From: Colwellia hornerae
GTDB taxonomy: Bacteria > Pseudomonadota > Gammaproteobacteria > Enterobacterales > Alteromonadaceae
Length of the DNA stretch: 64,000 nucleotides
Assembly (NCBI RefSeq): GCF_007954355.1
Contig: NZ_VOLR01000011.1
Location: 32,620-96,619 of the forward strand
Direction of reading: 5' to 3'
The position numbers and the translations under genes were made by a program. Below, in pieces: positions 1-10,059 of this stretch. The stretch's first letter is position 1; each line of letters starts with the position of its first letter. Below the pieces are notes generated by a model. It was not told the DNA's origin. It searched no databases and saw only the letters and a program-made list of their open reading frames with translations.

Positions 1-414
1 TCGGTTACTTTTAAATGCAATTGAATATCAGGGTAGCACTTTAAAAACTCAACAAAGAGTGGTCGCAATACCCGATTGGCGAGCGATTTCGGTGCCGCCA
101 CTCTCAACAAGCCACTAACCGTCGATGTTGTCGAGCTACTGGCATTAACGGCTTGCTCTGCAGACTCTATCATCTGTTTACAATAATTAAAGGTTAATGT
201 TCCTGACTCTGTTAACGCTAGTTGCCGTGTAGTGCGTTGTAATAGTTTTATGCCTAGAGCATCTTCTAATCGGCTAATTTGACGACTAACCGCTGAGGGG
301 GTTACCCCCAGTTTTATTGCCGCTTTACTAAAGTTGCCCTGCTCAACGACAGTTACCAAAATAGCCATGTCAGACAATAAGGGGATTAGTTTATTTGTGT
401 CCATTAAGCACAAG
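1..414 (-). CDS. LysR-family transcriptional regulator, N-terminal HTH portion; the gene continues beyond the window start
   Basis: My own translation of the reverse strand from the ATG complement at 412-414 gives MDTNKLIPLLSDMAILVTVVEQGNFSKAAIKLGVTPSAVSRQISRLEDALGIKLLQRTTRQLALTESG..., a typical LysR HTH. It is divergent from a LysE-type exporter, the classic LysR/LysE arrangement. It is not in the ORF track because it is truncated. Confidence 0.7.
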
Positions 415-519
415 TCCTTTTACAAATAGGTGTATTGTTTTAAATTTCTCATAGATTAACATAGCCGCACAGTAACAAGTGAGTTGCTACGAAACTATTT
501 TAAATGATGAGAGAGAAAT

Positions 520-1161
520 ATGGAGTTGTTAATAAGTACTTATATGACAGAAATTATTGCAGTAAGCACCATCGCTATTTTTATGGCTATGCTACCTGGT
601 GCTGATTTTGTCATGGTGACTCGCACGAGTATCTATAATGGCCGTTTATCAGGTTTATATATGAGCTTAGGTATGTGTTTATCGGTTTGTATACATGCTA
701 GCTATTCGATTGCAGGATTAGCTGTTGTGATTGCAAATTCAGCGTGGTTATTTTCGACAATCAAATATTTAGGCGCGGCTTACCTTATCTATATTGCTTG
801 GCAGTTATTAACAACACGCGATCTGTTAAATAATGATCAAAACAATCAAACCTTAGCAATGTCGCCCTTAAACGCGATGCGTCGAGGCTTTACTTGCAAC
901 ATATTAAATCCTAAAACATCTATCTTCTTCTTAAGTATTTTTACGCAAGTGGTTTCAGTAGATACCCCAGTGATAATGCAAGTCAGTTATGGGATGATTA
1001 TTATGTTGGCTCATTTTATTTGGTACAGTGGTGTGGCTTTATTGTTATCACATCCTAGTATAATGCCTAGCTTCAATCGTCAAAAAAAGAAGATAGATAA
1101 AGTGGCAGGACTGATATTGATGATAATAGCCGTAAAGCTCATTTTAATGAATGCGGTTTAA
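520..1161 (+). CDS. LysE/RhtB-family amino-acid efflux transporter
   Basis: 213 aa with about six hydrophobic helices. The N-terminal LPGADFVMV and overall composition fit the LysE translocator family. Divergent from the LysR gene. Confidence 0.75.
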   Translation: MELLISTYMTEIIAVSTIAIFMAMLPGADFVMVTRTSIYNGRLSGLYMSLGMCLSVCIHASYSIAGLAVVIANSAWLFSTIKYLGAAYLIYIAWQLLTTRDLLNNDQNNQTLAMSPLNAMRRGFTCNILNPKTSIFFLSIFTQVVSVDTPVIMQVSYGMIIMLAHFIWYSGVALLLSHPSIMPSFNRQKKKIDKVAGLILMIIAVKLILMNAV

Positions 1162-1281
1162 GTAAACCTGCATCCTAGGTTGATTTTGCACGCTATTGCA
1201 TAGTGATAATGTGCGCAATCTGACCAACCGGAGTTAAATCTTGAGACTTAATTTGTGGACGTAAAGTCGTTCTGTATTTAT

Positions 1282-4200
1282 TTAAGTCTGCCAACTCACA
1301 TCAGGCCTCCAGTGACTAAGCCAAGCAGGAAAGTCGCTGGCAGGCATAGGTTTGGCAATGCCGTAACCTTGGGCTAAATCACAACCCATTTTTATTAGAG
1401 CTGTGCCATGTTCTACCGTTTCTACACCTTCAGCAATTACCTCACGTTTGAATGATTTAGCTAAGGCTATCACACTCTCAACAATGGCCAGATCATCAGC
1501 GTTATCCAACATATCACGGACAAAACTCTGGTCTATCTTAATCAGGTTGGCAGGTAATCGTCTCAGGTATGTCAGGGAAGAATAGCCAGTACCAAAATCA
1601 TCTAAGGCAAAATTTACACCTAGCGCCAGACAATCAGTCATTATATCTGAAATATGTGCTACATCATCCAAGGCACTTGTTTCCAAGACCTCTAACTCTA
1701 AATAGCGGGGCTCTACATGAGGGTGTGCTGCTAAAAGCGCGGTTAATCGCTGAGTAAATTCAGGTTGCTGTAGCTGTACGGCTGCAATATTTACGCTAGT
1801 GTTGACAGGGATATCAACACCCATTGCTAACCATTGGCTGATTTGTGTCAGGGTGGCGTCAATAACCCACTCACCTACTTCAATCATCATAGGATTACTT
1901 TCAATGATAGGTAAAAATTCTATTGGATTTAATAGTCCTCGTTCTGGATGCTGCCAGCGAATAAGTGCCTCAGTACCGATCACCTTGCCTGTGCGCATAT
2001 TCACCTTGGGCTGATAATGGAGTACAAATTGCTGATTATCTAATGCGCTGCGAATAGCTTCTAAGCTTTCCCTTCTTATTTTAATCGCGTCATCTTGAAC
2101 CGTATCAAATAAGTGATAACGATTCTTCCCTGACTCTTTAGCCACATACATGGCTTGGTCTGCATGGCGCATGAGTAAATCAGCATCGACATTATCTTGA
2201 GGATAAAGGGTTACACCAATACTAGCTGATACATTTAAAACCACATCACCTATTGTGGCAGGCTCTGATGCGGCCAATAAAAAGCGTTCTAATATCGGCT
2301 CACAATCATCAACGGTCGTTAAATCAGTCAACACAGCAACAAATTCGTCACCACCAATACGAGCTAAGCTATCGCCTTCACGTAACGCCGCTTTCATGCG
2401 AGCAGACAGTGTAATCAACAACTCATCACCCACATCATGTCCATGAGTATCGTTGACATGTTTAAACCCATCTAAATCTAAAAACACAACAGCGAGTGAC
2501 TTCCCGTGTCGTTTGCAGTGCAACTTGGCTTGAGATAATCGGTCTGACAGTAATACGCGATTGGGTAAATTGGTGAGTATGTCGTAATGGGCAATATGCT
2601 CCAATTGGTCTTGATGCGCTTTCATTGGAGTGATGTCGTAACCTAGAGCAACATAATGAGTAGTAACACCATTTTCATCACTTACTGCACTGATCGTTTT
2701 AAATTCGGCATATATTTCATCATTTTTTCGCCTATTCCATATTTCGCCAGACCAATAGCCTTCTTTGAGTAAGGCTTGCCACATCTCCACGTAAAACTCA
2801 GATGATTGTAGTCCAGATTGGAAAATACGTGGGTTGTTGCCCATAGATTCTTCAAGGCTATATCCTGTGGTCTTTGAGAAGGTATGATTAACATCAAGTA
2901 TTACGCCTGAAGCATCGGTGATAGCGATGCTTTCACGTGCGTGCGTAAATACGCTGGCGGCAAGTTTAAGTTTTTCTTCTGATAGTTTACGTTCAGCAAG
3001 TAGCCTTGATTGTTTAATGGCACTAAAACTCGACGTTGAAATAATGTCGGCAAGTTTGGCATAAAAATGCATTCCTTTAGACACTTCTTCATGGGTAAAA
3101 CGAGGGACTTTATCTAATGCGGCAAGGTAAGTTTTTTCGTCAAAACCATAACGCTTTGCTTGCGTTTTAAATAACGCAACATCGGGAACTTCATCCTTAT
3201 AAAAGAATTGGCCAATAAAAACATTACCGAGGTGCTTGCCTCCTATAATAATGGGAGTGGCCATGTCCCACATATTATTCTTACAATGGTATGCCTTAAA
3301 TTTACCGTGTTGTATTCCTAGTGTGAGAATCGTATCACTTTCAATGCAATTTTTTCTCGTTTCATGGTTACAACGATGAAATTGATTACAGATATCCTGC
3401 CAACCAACAGCAACTAAAACATTCCCTTTAATATCAAGTATCGCGCCTAACATGCCAGTGAGGTGATAAAAATCATCCATCAAAGATTGAAGTACCTCAG
3501 CATCAATGATGTCGGATAATTCTAATGCATCAATGTTAGCATCGGGCTCTAATATTGCTTTTAGCTTTTTTCGAATAGTGGCTTCGCTTTGGCGTAAAGT
3601 ATCTTCTGCATTTTTACGCTCAGTAATATCCTGGATAAAACCAGTCATTATTTGGGGTATTCCATCACTGTTAGTGACAACTTTACCTCGAGACTCTATC
3701 CAGCGCTCTTCTCCATCATTGGGTCTAGTAATTCGATATTCGACATGATGCTCATGACCACTAGAGAAACATGCCTTAACGGATGCAATAAAGGTTGGGA
3801 AATCACTTTCATTAATAACATCTCTTAATGTTTCTACGCCAGCGTTAGACTCTCGAACGAGTCCAAATAAAGTATACATTTGATCAGACCAAGAGGCATT
3901 TTCCTGATCAGAATATAACTCCCAAGAACCTATTTTTGCATAAGCTTGGGCCTCTTTTAACTTAGACTCACTTTTTTTAAGTTGTACCAAAGAATTTTTA
4001 TAGTTAGTAATATCTCTGGCGACACCTAATATGCCGATTAAGTTACCATCACTATCTTTTATCGGTGTTTTTATTGTTTCGACAATTTCACTGCGGCCAT
4101 CATCTGCAAAAGTAAGTGACTCTTCATTGATAATCGATCCATCTGCAAGCATGGCATTCTTATCATCTTCCTGAAAAAAATTGGCAAGTTTTTTATCTAC

Positions 4201-5238
4201 AAAATCATTATCAGTCTTACCTATAATGTTACCTTCTTGCTCACCAAACATTCTTGCAAATTTAGAGTTGCAGAAAAGATAAACACCTTTTTTATCTTTT
4301 AGCCAAATCATATCTGGCACAGTATTGATCAATTTATTTATCAGTGCTTGGCTTGATTCTAATTCTCTATAAGAGTTTTTTAGTATTCGCTGTATCGATT
4401 TTTCTGCGCTTATATCCTGAAAAATACCGACTAGTTTAGCTATTTTTCCTGCCTCTTTTTTTACTATGCAGGTCGTTCTTACATCAATTAATTTTCCCTT
4501 TGTGGTGTATGTTTCTAATTCTAAATCATAGCCTATCCCTTGGTTAATCGCGGCATCTAAAGCTTTTGTAATCATGTGTTTTGATTTCGGCGAAAAGTAA
4601 TTTACACCGGCATCTACCGTAGGATTAAATTCTTCCGGAGATGTTTCATATATACGATAAGTTTCTGCTGTCCAAAATAAATCACCTGATAGTAAATCTA
4701 ACTGCCAGCCACCTACTTTTGCGATTTTTTGAGATTCATCTAAAAGATGGCTCGTTGTTATTATTTTTTGATCATTTAGCTTTCGTTGAGCAATATTTTG
4801 ATGAATACCTATCATGCGTTTAGGTAAACCATTTTCATGCCATTCAATCGTTTTACCGGTCGCTAATACCCAAACATATTGCCCTTGTTTGTGCTTCATT
4901 CGTACTTCTACTTCAAAGCGCTTATTTTGTCCTTGAAAGTGCTTTTCTAAAAGCTTATTTGCTATGATAAAATCTTCAGGATGAATATACTCAGTCCATT
5001 TTTCAAATTGAATGGGTTGTAATTCTGTTAAACTATAGCCAATAATATCAGCGCAGTCGCCATTAAAAAAAATCTCACCCGTTTGAATTTGCCAGTCCCA
5101 AAGACCTACTTCTGTAGCTTGTATAACTAATTCAAGATGTTCTAACTTTGATTTTTCAGATTCTTGCATAGAATCAAGATTCCTATAAGAGCGTATTGGT
5201 AAATATATGAACAAGACTAAGTAAGATAACTTAAGCAT
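1282..5238 (-). CDS. Multi-PAS/PAC sensor with GGDEF diguanylate cyclase and EAL phosphodiesterase domains (1318 aa)
   Basis: Several PAS/PAC-like segments. An intact GGDEF motif is present (ARIGGDEFVAVL). EAL signatures are present (EALIRWQHPERG, ELEVLETSAL, DDFGTGYSSL, QGYGIAKP). Confidence 0.9.
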   Translation of the reverse strand: MLKLSYLVLFIYLPIRSYRNLDSMQESEKSKLEHLELVIQATEVGLWDWQIQTGEIFFNGDCADIIGYSLTELQPIQFEKWTEYIHPEDFIIANKLLEKHFQGQNKRFEVEVRMKHKQGQYVWVLATGKTIEWHENGLPKRMIGIHQNIAQRKLNDQKIITTSHLLDESQKIAKVGGWQLDLLSGDLFWTAETYRIYETSPEEFNPTVDAGVNYFSPKSKHMITKALDAAINQGIGYDLELETYTTKGKLIDVRTTCIVKKEAGKIAKLVGIFQDISAEKSIQRILKNSYRELESSQALINKLINTVPDMIWLKDKKGVYLFCNSKFARMFGEQEGNIIGKTDNDFVDKKLANFFQEDDKNAMLADGSIINEESLTFADDGRSEIVETIKTPIKDSDGNLIGILGVARDITNYKNSLVQLKKSESKLKEAQAYAKIGSWELYSDQENASWSDQMYTLFGLVRESNAGVETLRDVINESDFPTFIASVKACFSSGHEHHVEYRITRPNDGEERWIESRGKVVTNSDGIPQIMTGFIQDITERKNAEDTLRQSEATIRKKLKAILEPDANIDALELSDIIDAEVLQSLMDDFYHLTGMLGAILDIKGNVLVAVGWQDICNQFHRCNHETRKNCIESDTILTLGIQHGKFKAYHCKNNMWDMATPIIIGGKHLGNVFIGQFFYKDEVPDVALFKTQAKRYGFDEKTYLAALDKVPRFTHEEVSKGMHFYAKLADIISTSSFSAIKQSRLLAERKLSEEKLKLAASVFTHARESIAITDASGVILDVNHTFSKTTGYSLEESMGNNPRIFQSGLQSSEFYVEMWQALLKEGYWSGEIWNRRKNDEIYAEFKTISAVSDENGVTTHYVALGYDITPMKAHQDQLEHIAHYDILTNLPNRVLLSDRLSQAKLHCKRHGKSLAVVFLDLDGFKHVNDTHGHDVGDELLITLSARMKAALREGDSLARIGGDEFVAVLTDLTTVDDCEPILERFLLAASEPATIGDVVLNVSASIGVTLYPQDNVDADLLMRHADQAMYVAKESGKNRYHLFDTVQDDAIKIRRESLEAIRSALDNQQFVLHYQPKVNMRTGKVIGTEALIRWQHPERGLLNPIEFLPIIESNPMMIEVGEWVIDATLTQISQWLAMGVDIPVNTSVNIAAVQLQQPEFTQRLTALLAAHPHVEPRYLELEVLETSALDDVAHISDIMTDCLALGVNFALDDFGTGYSSLTYLRRLPANLIKIDQSFVRDMLDNADDLAIVESVIALAKSFKREVIAEGVETVEHGTALIKMGCDLAQGYGIAKPMPASDFPAWLSHWRPDVSWQT

Positions 5239-5447
5239 CTAAAAAAAAATTTATTACAGATCAATAAATTGCTGTATTTACAATCATTTCTTCTTGCGTA
5301 ATTTACTGATTTTTTATGGTTGTTTTTATTGTTGGGGGATTTATATTAATAAATTGGCTTACTGAAGCGCTCAAGTTTGATTTAAAGCTGTATTAGCATT
5401 ACATTTATTAGACATGGTTAAATAATAAACATATTTACGGATTAAAT

Positions 5448-7700
5448 GTGGCTGAATCTTTGATATCAGAACTGAAAAGGCGAAATGTTTTCAAGGTTGG
5501 GGTTGCCTACCTTGTACTTGCTTGGGTCGTTGTTCAAATTACGTCTATTGCTGTTCCGGCATTACATTTGCCTAATTGGATTAATACCGCAGTATTTTTC
5601 TTTGGTCTTATTGGTTTTCCCTTTGCTCTTTTTTTTGCTTGGGCGTTTGAAATAACACCCGACGGTATTAAACTTGAATCAGGCATATCATCTGGAGATT
5701 CCACCGCTGCTCTTACGGGGCGTAGGTTAGATTTTATCATTATAGGTCTTATGTCAATTGCCTTGCTCTACTTTATTTATGAGAGCCGTTTTCAATCAGC
5801 CACTGCTCTAGTCTTACCAACGGATCAAGCTGAAGTTATTGCCCAAGTTTCCATCAAGGTTAATACAAATAATCCATCAATATCAGAGTCAAAGGGCACT
5901 TCTATTGCAGTCCTTCCTTTTGTAAATATGTCTTCTGACAAAGAACAAGAATACTTTTCAGACGGTATTTCAGAAGAAATATTAAATGTTTTAGCAAAGA
6001 TACCTAAGTTACAAGTGACCTCTCGTTCTTCTGCGTTTGCCTACAAAGATACCAAGATTAATATTTCGGAGGTTGCCAAAGTCTTAGGTGTAAAAAATGT
6101 ACTCGAAGGCAGTGTGAGAAAATCAGGTGCGAGAGTGCGCATAACCGCACAGCTTATTAATGCGGAAACAGATAAACACTTGTGGTCTGAGTCATATGAT
6201 CGCGAGCTCGACGACATTTTTCAAGTACAAGATGAAATATCAGCAGAAATTGTCGATGCACTAAAGGAAACGTTAGGCATAGTCTTAGTTAAGACCGTAT
6301 CGTCTGTGCAAACCATCAACCCTAAAGCTTATGATTTATATCTGCAAGGGCTGAGGGGACTGCATACCTATACCTTTGAAAGTTTAGATAATGCCGCGGC
6401 TGCCCTTGAGTCAGCAACAGATATAGCACCTGGTTTTTTGATGGCGCGCATTAAGTTGGCTGAAACATATGCACGTCAAATTATTACTGGCAGTCGCTTT
6501 GATTGGCAGATACTTGATAAGGCTGAAGCGCTAATTAAGGATGTTCTTAGTATTAATCCAAACTCCGCAGAAGCTTATTTTGTTCGATCATTAATTATAA
6601 AAACAGATCGTAAGCTACGTAACCAGTATGCCAAAGAAGCTTATCGACTAAATCCTAATAATGTCGACATCATCATCAGGCATGCACAATCTAATGGTGC
6701 TGGCATGGGGGAAGATAATGCCAGAGCCTTATTTAAAAGGGCACAAAAAGTTGACCCTCTTAATGCTGATCTACCGTATTTTTTTGCGGTATATTTAGTA
6801 CAAACATTACAAAAATATTCAGAAGCGGAACAAACCCTTAAGCAAGCTATTAAGGTTAACCCGAAGAATACCTTTTACCCTTTTTATTTAGGGCAAATCT
6901 ATGCGCAGCACATGGGTAAAATTGTTGATGCTATTAAGCTGGCTGAAAATGGTGCAAGATTAGACCCTAACGACCCTTATTTTCCTCAAGCACTGTCGGT
7001 CTACTACTTGTCTTTGGGTTCTGGCCTTAAATCTCTTGAGTATGCAGACAAGGCAATGTCGATTAATGCCAATAACGCGGAAATTATCAATCAAAAAGTG
7101 AATAGCCTTATTTATCTTGGCCAAACAGCTAAGGCGTTGAAACTTATTAACGATACCGTAGCCGATGCTAATACGGTATATCCCAGTAAACAACTGAAAG
7201 AGCGCTTTATTACTGGCGCAATATACGTATTAATTAAGCAGAATAAACTTGCTGAGGCAGAAACACTAATTAATCAACATATCCCCAAAATAATTGAACG
7301 GATTAATCAACCATACCCTGCAACATTGAATGATATAGAAAATATAAATGGTCTTTTGTTACTTGCCTGTGTTTATCAGGCACAAGGTCAATTAGCTAAG
7401 GCTGAAAAGCTTGTCAAGAGAGTAAAGCAACGAGACGAATCTTTTTATCTAACAGGTCAATCACGCTTATTAGGTATTGAATACATGAATCTTGCTATAA
7501 GCAGCTCACTAGAAAATAATGATGAGCAGACTATTAAATATCTCGAAGCTGCCATCGATAATGGTTATTTATATAATTGGCGTGCTCACTTATTACAATC
7601 ACCCTATTTTATCGATCTAGCGCAACGGCCAGATTTTATGGCATTAATTGGCAGACTAGAAACCGAAATGCTAAAACAAATAGCGCTACTTAAGCAATAG
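5448..7700 (+). CDS. Membrane-anchored TPR-repeat protein with TolB-N-like ('adenylate-cyclase-associated') module
   Basis: GTG start. The N-terminus ELKRRNVFKVGVAYLVLAWVVVQ and the block IAVLPFVNMSSDKEQEYFSDGISEEI...GVKNVLEGSVRKSGARVRITAQLINAETDKHLWSESYDREL.DIFQVQDEI match the conserved TolB-N-like domain seen in TPR/cyclase-family proteins. The remainder is TPR-like helical repeats. Confidence 0.7.
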   Translation: MAESLISELKRRNVFKVGVAYLVLAWVVVQITSIAVPALHLPNWINTAVFFFGLIGFPFALFFAWAFEITPDGIKLESGISSGDSTAALTGRRLDFIIIGLMSIALLYFIYESRFQSATALVLPTDQAEVIAQVSIKVNTNNPSISESKGTSIAVLPFVNMSSDKEQEYFSDGISEEILNVLAKIPKLQVTSRSSAFAYKDTKINISEVAKVLGVKNVLEGSVRKSGARVRITAQLINAETDKHLWSESYDRELDDIFQVQDEISAEIVDALKETLGIVLVKTVSSVQTINPKAYDLYLQGLRGLHTYTFESLDNAAAALESATDIAPGFLMARIKLAETYARQIITGSRFDWQILDKAEALIKDVLSINPNSAEAYFVRSLIIKTDRKLRNQYAKEAYRLNPNNVDIIIRHAQSNGAGMGEDNARALFKRAQKVDPLNADLPYFFAVYLVQTLQKYSEAEQTLKQAIKVNPKNTFYPFYLGQIYAQHMGKIVDAIKLAENGARLDPNDPYFPQALSVYYLSLGSGLKSLEYADKAMSINANNAEIINQKVNSLIYLGQTAKALKLINDTVADANTVYPSKQLKERFITGAIYVLIKQNKLAEAETLINQHIPKIIERINQPYPATLNDIENINGLLLLACVYQAQGQLAKAEKLVKRVKQRDESFYLTGQSRLLGIEYMNLAISSSLENNDEQTIKYLEAAIDNGYLYNWRAHLLQSPYFIDLAQRPDFMALIGRLETEMLKQIALLKQ

Positions 7701-7805
7701 TTAAAGCGGCAGAACGTTCGGTTTATTACTGATATTATCGAGGTGACAACGGCATCTAATCGCACTGTGATTTTGATAGTGCGAATGATGCAGTTTTTAT
7801 GGTGT

Positions 7806-8101
7806 TTTTATTCTTCTTGCAAAGCAATAGCAGCCATTTTCATGGTACTTTCAAAAGACTCTGCACCGGTTATAAATAAAACTATTTAAGCGACAAAACT
7901 TTCGGTTTTATCATGTTTTTATTCTTCTTGCAAAGCAATAGTAGCCATTTTCATGGTACTTTCAAAGGATTCTGCACCGGCTATAAATAAATCTATTTAA
8001 GCGACAAAACTTTCGGTTTTATAGGGTTTTTATTCTTCTTGCAAAGCAATAGCAGCCATTTTCATGGTACTTTCAAAGGATTCTGCACCGGCTATAAATA
8101 G
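7806..8101. repeat. Tandem repeat of about 110 bp in three copies (starting near 7806, 7916 and 8027). The third copy is the native 3' end of the MYG1-family gene
   Basis: The strings tttttattcttcttgcaaagcaatagcagccattttcatggtactttcaaaggattctgcaccggctataaata and atctatttaagcgacaaaactttcggttttat recur with a few mismatches. A diverged partial spacer (taaagcggcagaacgttcggtttatt) sits at 7701-7730. Confidence 0.9.
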
Positions 8102-8914
8102 TCCGTTATGACAGAACATTGCATCATCAATGCCGGTTACGGCTTTAAGCGCATCATCAGATAAGCCAGCCCATGCTTTAGGCAGCGATTTTCTATCTTC
8201 GAATGAACCTGGCTCAACAGGCACTGTTTGGATCCTCCATGGACCAGAACCAGAAGGATAAACCATATATAAAGCCTGTGTCGACAAAGCATGAACGGTT
8301 CTTTTCCATGGCGTGTATTTCTCTAATACAATCACTCTTGGATCTTCTGCATTCTCAATCGCTTTAGCAACAATTTCTTTGGCACTAATTCCGCCATTTG
8401 CAGAGGCAATAAATCGTGTCAAAATACGTGTTGCAAACTCAACCGCTTCATCAAAACAGCTATCAAAGTGACTATCTTCTTGCCACGTTGGGTTGAACAT
8501 TGAAATGGTTTGGCTAAGGCTAATGCCTTGGTTTATGCCTTTAGAAGCGCCTTCGGTATAGCCACAGTCAATAGCGTCAATGGTTGAAACTAAACCTGCA
8601 TCAACAGCGTTTGCTACGTCTTGGTTACCCTGACATATTTCTACGCCATATTTCTGCCAAACCAAGCCAAATGAAGAATAAGGAATACCATTTTCGCGCT
8701 CACCGGCACCACCACGTTGATGATGATCGAATCGACCGGCATCTGCGTTATATTCACCACCAACATCAATAACAAGATCTGCTTTACTGATAAGCTCTAA
8801 ATTACGCGTGCGTATGAGGTTAAAGTTAGGAAAAATGTTTTTAAGAGCAGCGATACTAAATACGTCATCTGCATGAAAATTACCGTTGTGAGTTGCTATA
8901 GTTATATCATTCAT
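8030..8914 (-). CDS. MYG1/UPF0160-family metal-dependent hydrolase
   Basis: The N-terminal HNGNFHADDVF plus DVGG...DHHQ motifs are diagnostic of the MYG1 (GAMM1) family. Confidence 0.8.
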   Translation of the reverse strand: MNDITIATHNGNFHADDVFSIAALKNIFPNFNLIRTRNLELISKADLVIDVGGEYNADAGRFDHHQRGGAGERENGIPYSSFGLVWQKYGVEICQGNQDVANAVDAGLVSTIDAIDCGYTEGASKGINQGISLSQTISMFNPTWQEDSHFDSCFDEAVEFATRILTRFIASANGGISAKEIVAKAIENAEDPRVIVLEKYTPWKRTVHALSTQALYMVYPSGSGPWRIQTVPVEPGSFEDRKSLPKAWAGLSDDALKAVTGIDDAMFCHNGLFIAGAESFESTMKMAAIALQEE

Positions 8915-9170
8915 TTTTTATATCATTTTAGAAGGGAATAAGAAGGTGTTGCTAGTTTACTTCACTATTTTGACTGGCCCATTTGGGATAACGTCAAGAT
9001 GTAGAAATTATAAGGCGGATTCTATACGAAGACAGCTCACAAAAACAGTGGGCTATTAATAGCTGTAGTTGCCAAATCCAGTAAATAACATGAGTACACT
9101 TGTTTATAATGTTGATTGAGACTGAGTTTAGTTAAAGGTTAACAGTCGATTTTTATTTTCTAATCATAGG

Positions 9171-9368
9171 TTAAAACGCATCATCTTCGCTGTAAACATT
9201 AACATCAAGGTCACCGTCGATACTTTCAGAAACTAAAAAAATTATTGGTTTACAGCACACTTGGCAATCTTCGATATATTGCTGGTCTACGTCGGCTGAA
9301 TCGATGAGTACTTTAATTGTTTCGCCACAGTAAGGACATCCTATGCGCTTTTTAGTCAATTGATTCAA
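9171..9368 (-). CDS. Cysteine-rich CPXCG-type small zinc-binding protein
   Basis: 65 aa with CPYCGE...CQVCC and an acidic C-terminus, as in the CPXCG family. Confidence 0.55.
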   Translation of the reverse strand: MNQLTKKRIGCPYCGETIKVLIDSADVDQQYIEDCQVCCKPIIFLVSESIDGDLDVNVYSEDDAF

Positions 9369-9505
9369 TTGTTACGGTTTCCTATATTTGTGGGCAATAT
9401 AATCATTTATTATTGAGGCTTATTTCAAATAATGTCTAGATAAAAGTGGGGCACTGATAAAGTCATATTCAAGCACAGCGTTAGGCTATGCTTGAATAGT
9501 TGTGA

Positions 9506-9877
9506 TTAACCGAAATGATTAAAAACGATTTTGTTACCATCTAAATCACGGAAGTAAGCACCATAAAATACGTCGGGTATCCGCTGCCCTGGTTCGCCAT
9601 CGCAGGTCGCACCTAAGGCAATGGCTTTATGATACATTTCATCGCACTGCTCTTTTGAGCCAGGAGAAATAGCAAGCATATTGCCGTTACCACAGTTTTG
9701 AGGTTCTTCGTTATATGGCACACAAATAGCGAGCATGGGTTCTTTCATACTTTTACCAATAAATATAATGCGTTCCATTTTTATTAACGTTTTTGCGCCT
9801 ATAGGTGCCAAGAGTTCATTATAAAAGGCTTCTGATTTTTCTAAATCGGTTACACCGATGGTGGCATAGCTAAGCAT
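9506..9877 (-). CDS. VOC (glyoxalase/bleomycin-resistance) family protein
   Basis: 123 aa. The IGVTDLEKSEAFY N-terminus and its size fit the VOC fold. Confidence 0.7.
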   Translation of the reverse strand: MLSYATIGVTDLEKSEAFYNELLAPIGAKTLIKMERIIFIGKSMKEPMLAICVPYNEEPQNCGNGNMLAISPGSKEQCDEMYHKAIALGATCDGEPGQRIPDVFYGAYFRDLDGNKIVFNHFG

Positions 9878-10059
9878 ATCTATTCCTTTTTAATTCTGAT
9901 TAAGGTGATTCATTTTAAGTAGAATGTTAACTACAACAGGTTAGCCAAATCATGTCAATAATCCTTGTTATTCAGATATTACCCTATGGATTTATAACTA
10001 GTACAAGATAAGGAATATTGGCTGTTATTCAAAATACCGCTATACATTAATTGATTGAT

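Noticed and set aside
1403-4823. Several 60-80 aa plus-strand ORFs (1403-1585, 1569-1757, 1799-2014, 2255-2446, 3506-3748, 4641-4823) and minus-strand ORFs 2682-2897 and 2901-3092
   Set aside because: All lie entirely inside the 1318-aa PAS-GGDEF-EAL gene, in other frames or on the antisense strand. They have no RBS and no motifs. Typical shadow ORFs.
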